From contig OZ024742.1 in assembly GCA_964016885.1 (NCBI GenBank), forward strand, positions 115,754,001 to 115,818,000: DNA of 64,000 nucleotides, written 5' to 3'. Under the pieces are notes generated by a model. That model ran no database searches. It was given only the letters and a program-made list of their open reading frames with translations, and was not told the DNA's origin. Both the position numbers and the translations under genes were made by a program. Origin of the DNA: Eledone cirrhosa (lineage: Eukaryota). Shown in pieces: positions 14,283-28,564 of the stretch (the first letter of the stretch is position 1; each line of letters begins with the position of its first letter).

Positions 14283-14954
14283 GTTTATGTTTATCCAGGA
14301 TTCAATCGGGGTTAACCACAGTAAGTAAGTTACTCAATACATGTAAATATCTAATATAGAAATGGCTTCTACACTACTAGAACTGTTTCATAAGGTATCC
14401 ATTAGAAACTACCAAATCGTATATAAAATGGAACATAGCTAGATCAGAACACAATCATGAGAAGCAATGTAGCCTCTCCAATCAAATAGACTGTCACCTT
14501 AACACACAACATTGCGAAAAGAAAGTCGGAAACAAATCCAATGTTAAATAAAAAATTATAACAAATTAAACATAAGTCATACAGCTTCAGAATTCAAAGC
14601 TAGACTCTACCAGTTGCAACCTACCTATGTAATCCAGCCGGAAAATTCCCATATCCCTTTCAATACACACATGGTATTTACACGAAAAAAAATGCACCCT
14701 TCCAATTAATATTGAATATCATCAACACTACATTTTACATTAGAGATTACTATATGTGCTATATTTACTCCGACGAAACTCCATATATGATGTACGCCAA
14801 TGAACTGCTGTTAAACAAAATTGGTTACAGCATGTACAATCATGATCTACTTAACAAGCTTCAACTCCAAATTACTACATGACACCGGTGTGTGGCATAC
14901 TTTGTACCTATTATGCGCGCACATTTATAACATAACTACACTGCGACTAACACA

Positions 14955-15228
14955 GGTTCTGCTGTACGTCGGGCTGAGGAGGAGAAACTCTTTAAATACC
15001 GGTCGCTCTCTGTCAGGTTTGTGGTTGTAACCCTGGCAGTGGAGAATTCTGGTGTCCTCGGCCCTGGGGCTACCTCCCTACTCACCACCATAGGCACTAA
15101 GCTGGCCAGCCGCAGGTGTGAACCCCGCAAGTTGGAGTGGCTTTTCCAGCGCGTCTCCCTTGCCGTCCTCCGGGGAAATGCCTTCGCCATCCTGTCCGCC
15201 GGGGTTGAGTGTTTTAGCATCGCGTAAC
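14955..15228 (+). pseudogene. 3' fragment of a CRE-clade non-LTR retrotransposon (restriction-like endonuclease C-terminus)
   Basis: Open frame AEEEKLFKYRSL..FVVVTLAVENSGVLGPGA..WLFQRVSLAVLRGNA matches the AE..K..KY / AVE..G..G / QR.S.A..RGNA signature of CRE-type RLE domains. Confidence 0.75.
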
Positions 15229-15295
15229 ATTCCATATTTAAGTATGTGCATTATCATATACATGCATAATGTGTTTCTATATTATATATAGATAA

Positions 15296-15352
15296 TTGTT
15301 TCTACTTTTGGCACAAGGCCAGCAATTAACCAGTGCATTACTGGTACTTTAT
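15296..15352 (-). mobile_element. 3' fragment of the tRNA-SINE family seen at 25151
   Basis: TTGTTTCTACTTTTGGCACAAGGCCAGCAAT...CATTACTGGTACTT is shared with 25151 and 54682. Confidence 0.75.
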
Positions 15353-16041
15353 ATTATACATAGATAATACCAGAGAATTGTGCTATGTCAGGGAATGATG
15401 TTTTTTAAAGAATTTCTTTAAATATTTATCGATATTATTTCGTTTCCAAAATGTCTCAATTTTCTCAAATATAACAATGTATATAAAGAAAGTTCAAGCT
15501 TAACTACTCACATGCAAAACGTCACCAAAAACGTATAATTCATACCGGTTAAACACAATAGCACATATTCCTGAATTCATAACGCATACCTTGCATATTA
15601 TCTGAACATAAACTACGACAGTAAAGTTTCACATAAAGAATTAAAAAAAAGCATATTCTACTACAGGTCATTACTACATTACAAGTAAAATGCTAACATA
15701 TATAGTTAACAACCATTGCATTCATAAAACGAGATAGTTTGCTCTGTACAAGCTAGTGCACTTGAGTTATTGCCACCAAAATGTTTGAGACTAAATAATA
15801 CATAATGATAAATGTATTGATACCACATAACTAAACACAAATGCCTAAGCTCACAAATACTACCAAAGGAAATAACGGAAACACGCCTCCATGACGTACA
15901 CATTGTACCTAACACACGGAAATAAAACAGCGACAAACAAAAAATAAATATATAAACATCTGTTTCGAGCGAGAGACCTACATCAGAATCGACGCGGTAT
16001 GTTCAAGTCGTTCAATCAATGTAACAGTTTCTTCATGGAAT

Positions 16042-16275
16042 CAACGTGTACGTGGTTGAGCATTCTATAAATTCATATAACTTTAGCGTAATTCTCAGGG
16101 AAATTCAACGTGACACAATGAAGGACAAAGCTGGCTCATTGAATTACAGGTATAGTCTATTCAAATGTAATACACACAGTCTCTATCTACTGAACTTCAC
16201 TTAAAAGGGTCGAGTCGAGGCTCTGGAAAGTATCACATTCTCAAAATGCTACACGATGAGATTGAACCCATAAGC
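16042..16275 (-). mobile_element. Degenerate SINE (second family)
   Basis: CGTGGTTGAGCATTC...TTCTCAGGGAAATTCAACGTGACACA...GCTGGC..TTGAATTACAGGTA...GATTGAACCC (reverse B-box); resembles a cephalopod SINE from memory. Confidence 0.45.
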
Positions 16276-16834
16276 TATATTTTAAACCTTCTGCCCATCT
16301 ATACATAGTTTAAAAACTATTCCAATGATCCTTCGCTCCAATTTCCAGAACCAATTCGTGGATACAAACAAATCTTTGCTCAGATATAGTCATATATACA
16401 TTAGGACACAAAACAACTCAACGAACCAGATTCATAAAAACAGACTTCAAAAGGGTTCAAGCAAAAAAGTCCCATCCTCCTGTTTAATTTCCACTTTCAT
16501 AAAATCTATTAATCACACTATTATCTAAATGTAACTTTCTCATCCTAGACACTATCATTTTCTTTTTTATTTCATATTTCCCTTTTCGTTTATATTTATG
16601 TTTTATTTCATTTCTCATTTTGTCTTTCAAGTCTGAAATATATCCTCTCATTTTTTAATCACGTTATAGCTTCATATTTTGGAGATGATCAATGGCAGAA
16701 ATTAACACACAGTTCATGCTTGACCATAGTGCCAATTAATCCTACAATAATATTTTCATTTCATTTTCAGAAACATTTGGAGAATTACGTTGATTAGGAA
16801 AAGTACTAGTCTCAATTATTTATATATATAATTA

Positions 16835-16869
<35 letters not shown>

Positions 16870-19093
16870 CCATTTTAGTTGATCCAAGCAATCAACTACC
16901 TTTGGCTTAAGCATAAATAAGCACTCCATGCCATAGCTGTCCTAAATAAATTTCGTATATGGTATCAAGCAGAGTATCAATGTTAAGTACGAAGAAGATA
17001 GGTTTCACTTTAGATTATTGTCTTATTTTACACCCCGTAAGTACGTTTCAAGGGAATTTACATGACCAAATGTAATAGTTATTTAATGTGTTGTCTTGAG
17101 ACAGGCTGAAATAATAAACAATAATTATATTGTTTTTATACACGCCCGCTGTGGAAGGGTTGTTGCTCATTCGGGTTATAGCAAGCACATGTTATATCAC
17201 GCTAACGCTGCTTAGCTAGTGATAGAGGAGTGAAAGATGCCTTAGTGGTAGTAAGAGATGAATGTAGGTCAGTGTGCGCACGGACTCTGTGTGTTCCGTT
17301 TTAGACAGTTCATTATGACAATTAAAGAAGCTATGAAACACAATTCCCACGAGTTAATCTATCTAATTTCCTATCAGTATAGAGGCATCAGTTAATTCTC
17401 AGTAGGCTATTCGGATCATATTATTATTATTAGTAGTACTGGGGTAATTGCTGGCCTTGTGCCAATTATTATTAGCACTGTTATTATCACCATGCCGTTC
17501 ATACATTATTACAGGACATGTTCATGCAGTTCAACTATATATAACGTGATGTAAGATAATAAGCTGTCCTAAGCACTCTATGACGTGGGTTCAATGAAGA
17601 AATTACGCATATGATATCAGATGTATGTCAATATTATAAAAAAGGATGATAGATGGTATAACGGTATCAGATCTGTTATACACCATCCTGCTATACACAT
17701 TTAGAAGACGTCAATTCATTACGTAACAATTATTTGATGTGTTGACATGAGACAGGTGTTTAGGTGTAATGTTATTTTGATTTTAGTTTGGATATGTTCG
17801 CCATAGTATGGAACTCGGTGCAGGCAGTCCGGCTATAAATGGGTATTTAGCAATAGATGTGGATACAGCAAGTTATTACCGATGAAAGTACATACACATA
17901 TATACTGTTGCATACATCATTGCATATATCGCTTCAAGTCTACTCACAGCAGGGCTCCTGATAAACCCCTCACCATACCAGGTTTTCCTTTTATTGCTTT
18001 CTTTGTTTTCTCTCTCTCCTAAATTTACTCTATCTTGGAGAAGGATTAACGTCCAATAATTCATTTTATCTTTACTTTATTCACACAAGCGTGAAACCAA
18101 TAAGACTGTGCAACTACTCTTAGTGCTTGTCTTTTTTAACCTTGATGTCCATCTACCTCTCGCTCTCTGCATGTATGAGTGTATATGTGTATGTCTATAT
18201 GTGATTGTGTCAGAGACAGAGGGAGAGATAATGATATAGAGAGTGGGTGTGAGAGAATGTGTGTGTGTATGTGTGTCTGTGTTTACGTGCGTTTATATGA
18301 TTGATAAAAAGTGGCATATTTTAAATATTCAAAAGGTCAAAATAATCAACGAATGTTTATAACGGACGGACGATGTTATTTGTTATTTATGATCACGTGC
18401 AAAATCTGAAATAATACTGTCAGTCTCATGTTTATTATGTTCATCTGATGTATAGGTCATATACATAATAGCTTTCATAAATAGCATTTCAAAAAATTGC
18501 TTAACGTCCGCTGAAGTATTAAAAATTAATCGAAATCCTGAAAATACATGCAGGTAGGTATTTCCCAATATGTTTAATTCTATTTTATTGTATTTTACGG
18601 AAAAACGATTTTAACATTATGAGTAACAGCTGTTTTCATTGAAGTAAGAATATCATTTTCAGTAAAATAAATAAACGTTTATATCACCAGTAGCTCTGAT
18701 ATCATTATAGCACAAGAGTGGTTTGCATAAAGCGTAAGGGATTTTAAATTAATCATCACGATTTTCCTTAAAAACATTAGTGTAATTAGTAAACAAATTG
18801 TTTCCCAGGGAAGATATTATTGTATTTAAGCAAAAGTGATGAAAGTAACATACATCTTTCAATCACTTTAAATCTCCCAAGAGGATATTTTACACGGCAA
18901 AGTTAATGATTTCTATATGTCGGAATTAGGAAGCTGATAGAAATATGAATAAAGTTTGAGACTTATTTATCTCGAATACTAGAGACAAGAGGGGATTTCA
19001 AATGTTTTTGAAATATTCACTGACTTTAAAATGGCATATCTTGGAGCTGATACACTAGCCTAAACACAATATCAGTTACATCTACTTAATATA

Positions 19094-19157
<64 letters not shown>

Positions 19158-19399
19158 GATATTTTATTAATTATATATCTCATTAAAGTAATATCAATTA
19201 CATTTATCATAACGCGAACAGTGAGCCAGAATTAGAATACAAGAACAATTCCACAGTAGTTGAGGAATGTTAGTGGTCTATCAGATTGGCTTTCTCTGAA
19301 TATGATCTAAAAGAGTATTGTGTAATGCGTGATGTCTAATTATTTTTGTGTTAGAATGTCTTTCACAGAATCTCGGAAAGACATGTGTAGAACCAACAT

Positions 19400-19476
19400 A
19401 TATATATATATATACATATATTATATATATATATATGTATATTATATATATATTATATATTATATATATATATATG

Positions 19477-19565
<89 letters not shown>

Positions 19566-19663
19566 ATATTATATATATATATATGTATATTATATATATA
19601 TTATATATTATATATATATATATGTATATTATATATATATTATATATTATATATATATATATG

Positions 19664-19739
<76 letters not shown>

Positions 19740-19800
19740 TATATATATATTATATATTATATATATATATATATTATATATATATATATTATATATATAT
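19400..19800. repeat. Long interrupted (TA)n array with a higher-order ~38-bp periodicity
   Basis: The unit TATGTATATTATATATATATTATATATTATATATATA recurs about 4 times, plus partial copies. Confidence 0.9.
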
Positions 19801-19804
19801 ATGT

Positions 19805-20205
19805 ATATGTATACGTACATACATATATGTATACAGACGTACAGTAGTATGTACATATATACATACATGCACACATATATATATGCACGTATCGGTTTAC
19901 CGAACATGTATTATAATGCTCAGTTTGTTTGTTTGTAAACAAACAAACAGCCCGAATTACGCCGTACAGTGTTTACGCAACCACGTCAACTTTTTGTTCA
20001 ACACTGACACAGGAACGATGTACCGAGCATTATAATAAATGTTCGGTAAACCGATACATGCATATATATATATGTGTGGATGTATCTATATATATACATA
20101 CTACTGTACATCTGTATACATATATGTATGTACGTATACATACATACTTACTTACATTTAAGTAAGTGCCGTACTAAGAGTGAGAAATGAAGTTTCGTTT
20201 CATTC

Positions 20206-20210
<5 letters not shown>
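19805..20210. mobile_element. Foldback element (same family as 50142-50788)
   Basis: Inverted arms GTATACAGACGTACAGTAGTATGTA...CCGAACAT.TATTATAATGCTC and their reverse complement; the terminus CCGTACTAAGAGTG.GAAATGAA.TTTCGTTTCAT is shared with 50741-50775. Confidence 0.8.
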
Positions 20211-20292
<82 letters not shown>

Positions 20293-20319
20293 AATAACTT
20301 AACTTTCATAACTTTGAAA

Positions 20320-22330
20320 GGTGTCGGCCAGTATTAGCCCAAGCCATGTCTAACTTAATAGCACCACCTGGCGAAGTCTTACAAATCAGGGATTTGGCAT
20401 CATGGCCCACTCGACCAGAGAGTTATTGTTTACAGGGGCATATCGGGTTTTAGGAAGCTTATCCCGTATTATTTCTTGAAGGAATTTGTCCAAATATTTC
20501 TTGAACGTGATGTGATGGGATCTGTTTCTGTTTTGATGTGTTTTGGTGTAATGTTAAAAAGAGCAGGGCCAATTGAGGTGAAATAATTGTGCCGTATTGT
20601 TGTTATGAGATGCGAGTGAGACTTTTGTTGTGGGCGAATAGCACGGGGCCCAAGACTTGGGTGTACATTAAAGGTGATGCCAACATCATTTAGGCAAAGC
20701 TGATGGAATATTTTCCACATCATGCAGATAATGTAGCGCTCACGGCGACGTTGGAGAGAATAAAGGTTGAGATTTTCTAATCGAATCCAATAGTCAAGGC
20801 ATGTCATGCCATCTATCTTTTTTGTAATCGATCTTTGGGTGCTTCAACTGTCCTGATACTTTGTTTCGTGTCGGGAGACCACAGTGGACAACGGTATTCA
20901 AAGTGGGGTTGGGCAAAAGTGGAGAAGAGAAGGATAAAATGTGGATATGTCTCGATTGGAAGGTTCTGAGAATCCAGGAACACATTCTGCGGGCCATGTC
21001 AACTTTTCTGTGTATATGAGTGGCCCAGCTTATGTTGTTGGAAGCCACTAGAGTTTCACCCGAAGGAAGTGAGTATAGTAGTTTCAGGGCGTCCTTTTTT
21101 CCAAAGTGGATTAATTCAAACATATCCTCATTCAACAGCATATCATTCTTTTCTGCCCATTGGATAACAGCCAGTAGGTCTGACTGAAGGCAAGTCCTGT
21201 CACCCACCTCATTGATGACCCGACGATACTTATGTTGCTGTGCTTGATGATGTCAGTAATTTCATTAATGTAGATGATGAAAAGAAGTGGGTCCAACACA
21301 GTGCCTTGTAGGACGGCACTGCTGACTTTAGCAGGACTTGATTTTACTCCTTCGACTACAACATTTTGGGTTCTGTCTGTCAGAAAACATTTGATCCACT
21401 GTAATAACATTCCAGAGATACCCATATTGGATAGTTATTTTCAGTATAATCTTATGATCAACCCTGTCAAAGCCTTCCTGAAATCAAGGTAGATGACATC
21501 AGTCTTGGAGCCCTCTCTCAAGGCTCTCAAAACATCGTCAAATGGATGCAGGAACTGCGTTAGGCAGTCCCTTCCATTACGGAACCCATGTTGGTTGGAG
21601 TTCAGCAGGCCGTTGCTTTCAAGAAAGTGGGTTATTCGTGATCTCACCACCCTCTAAAATTCCCTGATAATATGGTAGGTGAGTGAGATCGGACGGTAGA
21701 TCACCGCTAGGAACTTATTTCCATTGTTGAAGACTGGGACAACAGACTGGCACAGAAAGTTTTCAGGAATATAGCCAGTGTCCAGTGAGTTCCTCCACAG
21801 ATTAGTAAGAGGAGATGCAAGTTGGTGTCGACATACCTTCTGGACACAAGCAGTGAACCTATTGAGGCCTACTGTTGAATTGTGTTTAATTTCGTTTATT
21901 GACGCTAAGACATGAGGGGCGCCAAACGTTATGCCCGATATAGTGTGTTGGGGATTAACATCCCTGAACAGCCAAATCGGCCATATCAGGATTGCAGGAA
22001 ACAGACCAGTATCGTTTCTGCAGTATCTCGCCCATGGTTTTGGCATTATCTTGGAGTGTGCCATTTTCAGCAACTAGAGGGCCAACAGTGGAGACAGTGA
22101 CCTTGTGTTTGTTAGCAAATGAAAAGAACACTTTGGAGTTGAGTTTGATTTTCTCAATGGCCCGCCTCTCTTCAGCTGCTCTCTGTTTATTGATGATGGT
22201 CTTCATGCATTGTTGGAGGTTATATTTGTTTTTATTCAAGCAGAGCGATAGAAGTCGAATGTGGGTGTTGCTGTTGGCATTATTTTAGTGTGTTAATTGT
22301 TTTGTTTGTTCATTTTATTTTTCTGATAAT
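20320..22330 (-). pseudogene. 5'-truncated, frameshifted CR1-group LINE reverse transcriptase
   Basis: YRPISLT, NSNQHGFRNGRDCLTQ, DVIYLDFRKA, SAVLQGTVLDPLLFIIYIN and NLYSLQRRRERY motifs across several ORF pieces. Confidence 0.88.
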
Positions 22331-22488
22331 TTTCTTTCTGATAATATATATATATATATATATATATAGGGGTGAGGTCCGTCCCTGAGTGCATGTCTTT
22401 GTGTAACAGTTCGTAATAGTTTGATGCAAATGACGTTTACTCGTCTTAATTTTCAGTGTGGTTCTTCATGATGTGTATGCATAATAAT

Positions 22489-22570
22489 TGTTTCTACTTT
22501 TTGGCACACGTACCTTTTGGAACTTTATTTTATCGACCCGGAAAGGATGACAGGCAAAGTTAACCTCGGC
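22489..22570 (-). mobile_element. tRNA-SINE fragment
   Basis: TTGTTTCTACTTTTTGGCAC...TTTATCGACCCGGAAAGGATGACAGGCAAAGTTAACCTCGGCG matches the other SINE copies. Confidence 0.75.
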
Positions 22571-22750
22571 GTATGTATGCATAAGTGTTGATGATTAAAT
22601 TTGATTAATGTCTCGATCGAATGTACGACTGTATTGTATGTGTTGCTGATACAATATTGCCGATATTGTCAACATGACGATCCCTAAATATAAAAATATT
22701 GGTTTCAGTAAATATCAAGAGTTAGCAGAATAAATATATGTGTGTGTGTA

Positions 22751-22806
<56 letters not shown>

Positions 22807-24962
22807 TAAAAGGAACAGAAAATGCTGACAATGTTTTCCCAGTGAAAAATAGTTTAATTAGCAATAAGTATAAATTAGTAATAAGTATTGGTTAGTATTC
22901 AGTTTTAGTTTAAAATGTTTACCGGTGTTGCGCATTTCTAATGCTTTTCAAAAATGATTTTGAGATAGAGCGCTCGTGATGTTAGCTTTAATCTGATCAG
23001 TTTAGGAAATTCTTCCTGTTTTATGTGAAAATAGTGGCTCCAGAGGTAATAAGATTTGGTTGGTTGTTGAATGTCACGTGAATGAGTACTATAAATATCG
23101 CGCCAATTCGTGTTGCAAAGATTCTTGTAGTCAAAACAATTTTGATTGGTCGGTAGAGGTCGCGTGAATGTTATAAATTGATTTTGCGCCAATTGTAGGT
23201 TTGTCGAAGAGTGTCCTTTTTTGCCTGATTTAGAAGTCACTGGAAAATATGTCTATTAAGACAAATATGTGTGTGTGTGTGTAGTAAAGACGTTCATTGT
23301 TGTTATAATGGTCAGTAGGGATGAGTGTGTGAATTGCAGTCATGTTGAAAGGTCAACAGTTCAGGTGTCTATTAACACAAATATGTGTGAGTATGCGTGT
23401 GTGTATGTGTGTGTATGTGCGGATGTGTGTGTGTTGGTGGTGTGTATGTAGCAGAGTGGTTCGTGGTAGAGGGAATAAATTCGGTCAGTAGGAATGTGTG
23501 TGTATGTGTGTGGGGGATATTTTAACATGTTGAAAGATATTTTTTAGCTCTTGTCTTATACGGAGAAGTGTGTGGGTGTATGTCAGTTTGTATGTTAGTG
23601 TACGCGTGTGTATGTGTGTGGGGGGGGGGGGGGGCAGTATTTTTGGGATACTGGTAAAAATGGTGTACATTATTGGATATTTTCAGTAATTTGCAAAAAC
23701 GTTTCTCTCAAAAGAACATCAAAAACATTAATAATAAAAGGCGTGAAATGATGTATAGTATTGTCATAACACGAAGGTGTGTGTGAGTGTCCAGATTGTA
23801 CGTACTGCAAGGGAAATCCATTACGCCCTGATCAAGGAATCCTTCCACCTCCACTCCTCCCTCCGTCTCAGTTTGTCACTCTACTTCCTAATTCTACCCC
23901 TTCCTCTCTCTCTATACTATTCCGTGTATCCCTCACCTTGTAATTCCTCTCTCTCTCTATACTAGTAAATACAATTCCAAATAAATGTGTTTCTCTATAT
24001 ATTAAGAACTATTTCAAGATTAACTTACTCACTATTTTGAAAATTTGGACTGTGAACAACAATTATAATTGAGTGGCTGGTATTTGCAGTATAGCAATAT
24101 AAGGTTGCACTTACCAATGAAACGGTCGTAAATACCTGGATAACATCCTTCTCTTAATGCTTACCTGTGTTTTCTCTTTTATATATCTATATATATATAT
24201 ATAAAATATAGGCATATTTATTAAACATAGAAATGAAACTGTTCCAATCAAGTAGACGTCATTTCTATATACTATATATATATATGTGTGTGTGTGTATG
24301 TGTGTGTGTGTGTGCGTTTGTGTGCGTGCGGGTGTGTGAGTATATACCCGTATGTGATTGTGAGAGTGTAAGTCTTATTTATTGAAGCATTATGGCATTT
24401 TCCCTTTAATGTGATCCATGGTATATGTGTATGTGCTAAGGTATGTTTGAACATTAAGTGTACCAAGCTTTCTTTTGAAATTTGTCCAGCTTATCTATGT
24501 TGGCGCATGTAAATTTGAAATGATGTATTTCAGAGCGTTTGTGTTTAAATGAAATAATGTATCAACTACTGAAATTTTCCTTTCGTTTCGTTTCAATTTG
24601 ATTCAAAAGGACGAATTGAACATTGATATTTATCTCTGATCACATCCTGAAGCATTCATCAAACACATAATTAATGATATATTCCACTGAAAAAGATATA
24701 GACTCCACAGGATAAACTTCTTGAAGGATCAAGGATACAACTTATATTCACTGTAAGCAATAACTACTGAGTCTTATGAAGGCTCTAGCTAACATGGTTC
24801 ATATAGACGGCTGAACATCATATTGTTGTACGGGGTTAATGTAAAAATACTTTATGTACAGACACACATACACACGAATATATACATACATTCATATATA
24901 TATACATAGAGAAATATATATATATGTACGCACACACACACACACACATATATATATAATAT

Positions 24963-25050
24963 AATAACGAAGGAAATGTGGTAAGGAACCAGATGGACCA
25001 TCACGCACCAAAGTACTCAATACTTAGGGTAGTAGAGTGGGTAATAGGAA
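24963..25050. mobile_element. Single terminus of the MITE-like family at 11834-11994
   Basis: Reverse-complement match to ~11905-11994 over ~88 bp. Confidence 0.7.
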
Positions 25051-25068
25051 CGAGTAGGACCCCGACCA

Positions 25069-25150
<82 letters not shown>

Positions 25151-25155
<5 letters not shown>

Positions 25156-25332
25156 TCTACTTTCGACACAAGGCCAGCAATTACCCCAGTGTATTACTGG
25201 TACTTTATTTCATCGACCCCGTAAGGATGAAAGGCAAAGTTAATCTCGGCGGGACTTGAACTCAGACCATAAAGGGCCATAACTCTTCGCTGCAAAGCAT
25301 GGCGTCCGACCTTATACCGATACTGCCAATCC
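25151..25332 (-). mobile_element. tRNA-derived SINE
   Basis: Minus strand: A-box-like TGGCAGTATCGG, B-box-like GAGTTCAAGTCC, then central CTTTGCCTTTCATCCTTACGGGGTCGATGAAATAAAGTACCAG; five copies or fragments in the window. Confidence 0.85.
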
Positions 25333-25495
25333 ATATATAATGGGATAGAAAGTGGGAAGAAGGAGAAATGTAGATGTATTTACATTAACATGCACATATT
25401 ATTTCTTGGTAAATTATCAATATTGTAATGGACTCCAGTAGGTGTGTATATGTATCTGTCTACCCATCTATATATCTTCATCAGTATATATATCT

Positions 25496-25564
<69 letters not shown>

Positions 25565-26514
25565 TATATATATAGATAGGGACAGAGATGGAGAGAGATA
25601 AAGATGGAGAGAGAGAGATAGAGAAAGGAAGAGAAAGAGACAGAGAGAGTACCAGAGAAAGGGATATGCGCGTATAATTATTGACTCAGACAATGTTCTA
25701 GTTTAGACGATATTACCGAAGAAATAATCTGAATATACATTTGTCTAGTGAAGCAGAATATTTCTAAATTAATTCTCATTTTCGTTATTAGTTTGTTGTA
25801 ATGAAGATTTGTCAAACTTAAATTGAATTAAAGATTCTAGTGTTCACAATTCCTATAAATGTTTATTCACAATGCTGCAATAAAAATGACATTATTTTGA
25901 TTTTTCGTCCAGAATTTAATTATTCGTAGTTTTTTTTCTTTTATTTTTTTGTTCGTTTTTATTTGATGATTTTTTTTCTTTTGTATTGCAGACAAAATTA
26001 TTTCGCAAAAGTTCAATTGGCGTTAGAATATATTTCTTAGTTACGGTTAACTAAAAAGTTTTTCAAGCAAAAATACTCTGATTAAAATTAGCTTAAGAAA
26101 ATCAATTGTAGCTTGTCTGACTCATCTATGATTCTCTCTTTATAATACGTCAATACATTGTTTTTATACTTTTATTTATATATGTATTGCGTGTGCGTGT
26201 ATTCTAATTAACATTTAGTTCATTACTATTCCTCATATATCAATAATCCGTAATAACTCTTTACTAATATCTAAATATCATGCTAAATAAAACGAACGTT
26301 CAGACAATTCATATTTGTTCCTCCAAATCCAGAATTAGGCTTAGTTATTGTATAAAGGAATACATTCGTAATATTTCTATACATTTGATAATTTGAAAGT
26401 AGACAACTTAAAATAATTAAACACAAAGTTTACAACCACAAACAACGTCCAGTTGAAAAACACAGCCTCAAAAAACATATCTATTTCAAAGCAGGCTGGA
26501 GAAGAAGACATCAA

Positions 26515-28560
26515 ATATGATGATACAGCTATGATGGACTCTGCCGTCGATTCGATGTATGAGGTTTCAACAGACTCTGTTCGTTGTTTTCTGTTTATGC
26601 CTCAAACGGCACTTCGATCCAGCTGCTGATTTAGACATCAATCTGCATTTCGAGCGGATGACATGATCATGTACAGTGCAGGCTGGAATGCGTGACTAAA
26701 CACTGGCGCCAGATTTTATATCACAGAGGTGGGCTGAATGATATTTCTTTAAGTCTTTTAAACATTCGTAGAAGACGGTTCTCCGTCATTTACGGTCAGC
26801 TGCTATGGCTTCAAACGAAGAAAGGGGTACGTTGACAGACTTAAGATTATACTTCAGTTTTTACATATATCAGAGGAATTACCTGCCCAAACTATGTACA
26901 CCATCCTGGAGCCTACTGTACAACAGTACCTTGTGTGTGAGGTCCTCAGACATTGGTTGGACCTTACCAGCCCAGCTGAGTTGGATTTGCATCCGAAATG
27001 TCTCAATCCCACCAATGTTGCATCTTGTGAACAGTTCGGCATTGGAGACTCTGTCAGAAAGTACATATCCACAGACGGAGATAAGACTACGTTTGTGGAA
27101 GACATCAAGCTTGTGTATGTGAGTGTGGTAAATTATCCATGACTCTGATTCATATACGAATGTTGTCAGTACCACTGCACGATTAGCTGCAACTTTGGTT
27201 TACAGGGATATACCTCAGTTACTGCATATGTTGTAATTTAGTTTGCCAAAAGGATCAGTTGCCTTGGAGATGCGATTAACAATCCCATCATTCTGCCATG
27301 CAGAGTGGTTCACATTGCTGCTAAGGTAAGTAAAGGAGCTCACATATTTCAGATACTTGCCATCAATAAGGAAGGGTACAAGAGGATGCCTTTGTTCTGA
27401 CCGCACCAGTTTATCGCCTCCTGCATGCCTGGATGTACCGCATCAGTCTTCTTGATATTGATTGTTAGACCAAAACCTCTACAGGCAAGCGAAAAGCGGT
27501 ACATCAATTCCTGTGCCTCTTTGAAGATTGTTGCATCAAGTGCAACATCATCAGCAAACAGTAAATCGCGAATGATACTTGTTCGTGTGCGTGATTTAGC
27601 CTAAAAACAATGATCGTTGAATAGCCCACCCGATGCACGGAACTCAAATCTGACACCAGTATCCAAATCGCTAAATGCTTGCTGGAGCATTACATGGAAA
27701 TACCAAGAGTGGCGGACGGGAGCCATAACACAACCCTTCTCAGCACCATCTGTAACACAAAAGGGTTCAAATTATTCACCATCTGAAATAACTGATGCTT
27801 CTATGCCCTAATGGAAGGATATGATGTTATGTAGGATATTATCAAGTGTGCCAAGCTTTTTCAAGATTTTCCAAAGAGCTATACGATTGATAGTGGCAAA
27901 GGCCTTAGTCAGGTTAACAAAATCATAAACAGCTCATGGTGCCGTTCATGAACCAACACTTCAATCCAGTGAATAGAGAAAATCATTTAAATAGTACCCC
28001 GATCAGAGCGGAAAAAAACATTGATTTTCAGGGTAGATATCGTCAACAAATATGTATGTAATTCTAGTGAGGCTAACACAGGATAGTATTTTACCAGCGA
28101 TACAGAGAAGGGAGATGCTGCGAGAGGAGTCCCAGATAGACGTTTTACATTTATTTTTAACATGTTCATCATCTATGCATCTCTGAAGTCCCGGTGGACG
28201 TTCCCAACATTTCAGATACCTAGAAATAGCTGAAGAAGCCAACGAACCAGTTTTTTACCACCATATTTGAAGATTTCAGGTGGAATGCCATCTTTACCGG
28301 GAGCTTTATTGGATGTTAGCCGCCTGAGAACAGCTTTGATTTCATTCAACGTTGGGTTTAATGTTAATGTTTATCATCACCCAAACCCTATGTAGGTTAT
28401 GCATTCCGTTGATAAGATTCTTGACATCCGAGTTGCTTTCATGAAACCCGTCCTGTTGTTTTCTCATAGAGAATCTTAAGATCTCCTCACAGGCTACATA
28501 GGTGACATCTTTAGGCACTTTCCAGGAAGCCTCAATGTAATCAGAAATGTTGACAGTCAC
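26515..28560 (-). pseudogene. Degenerate RTE-clade LINE (RT and C-terminal region)
   Basis: RKQQDGFHE (RKHQDWFDE-like), ISLLCIAGKIL, PENQCFF, IIRDLLFADDVAL (27540-27578), FTYLSS, YESESW, KLDVFHKRSL...RVSNAE...QLSWAG motifs. Confidence 0.88.
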
Positions 28561-28564
28561 ACAG

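Noticed and set aside
19329-20035. Long ORFs (150-196 aa) of YIYI type, and the similar SLSL/HTHT/poly-Y ORFs elsewhere
   Set aside because: Translations of microsatellites that happen to lack stops.
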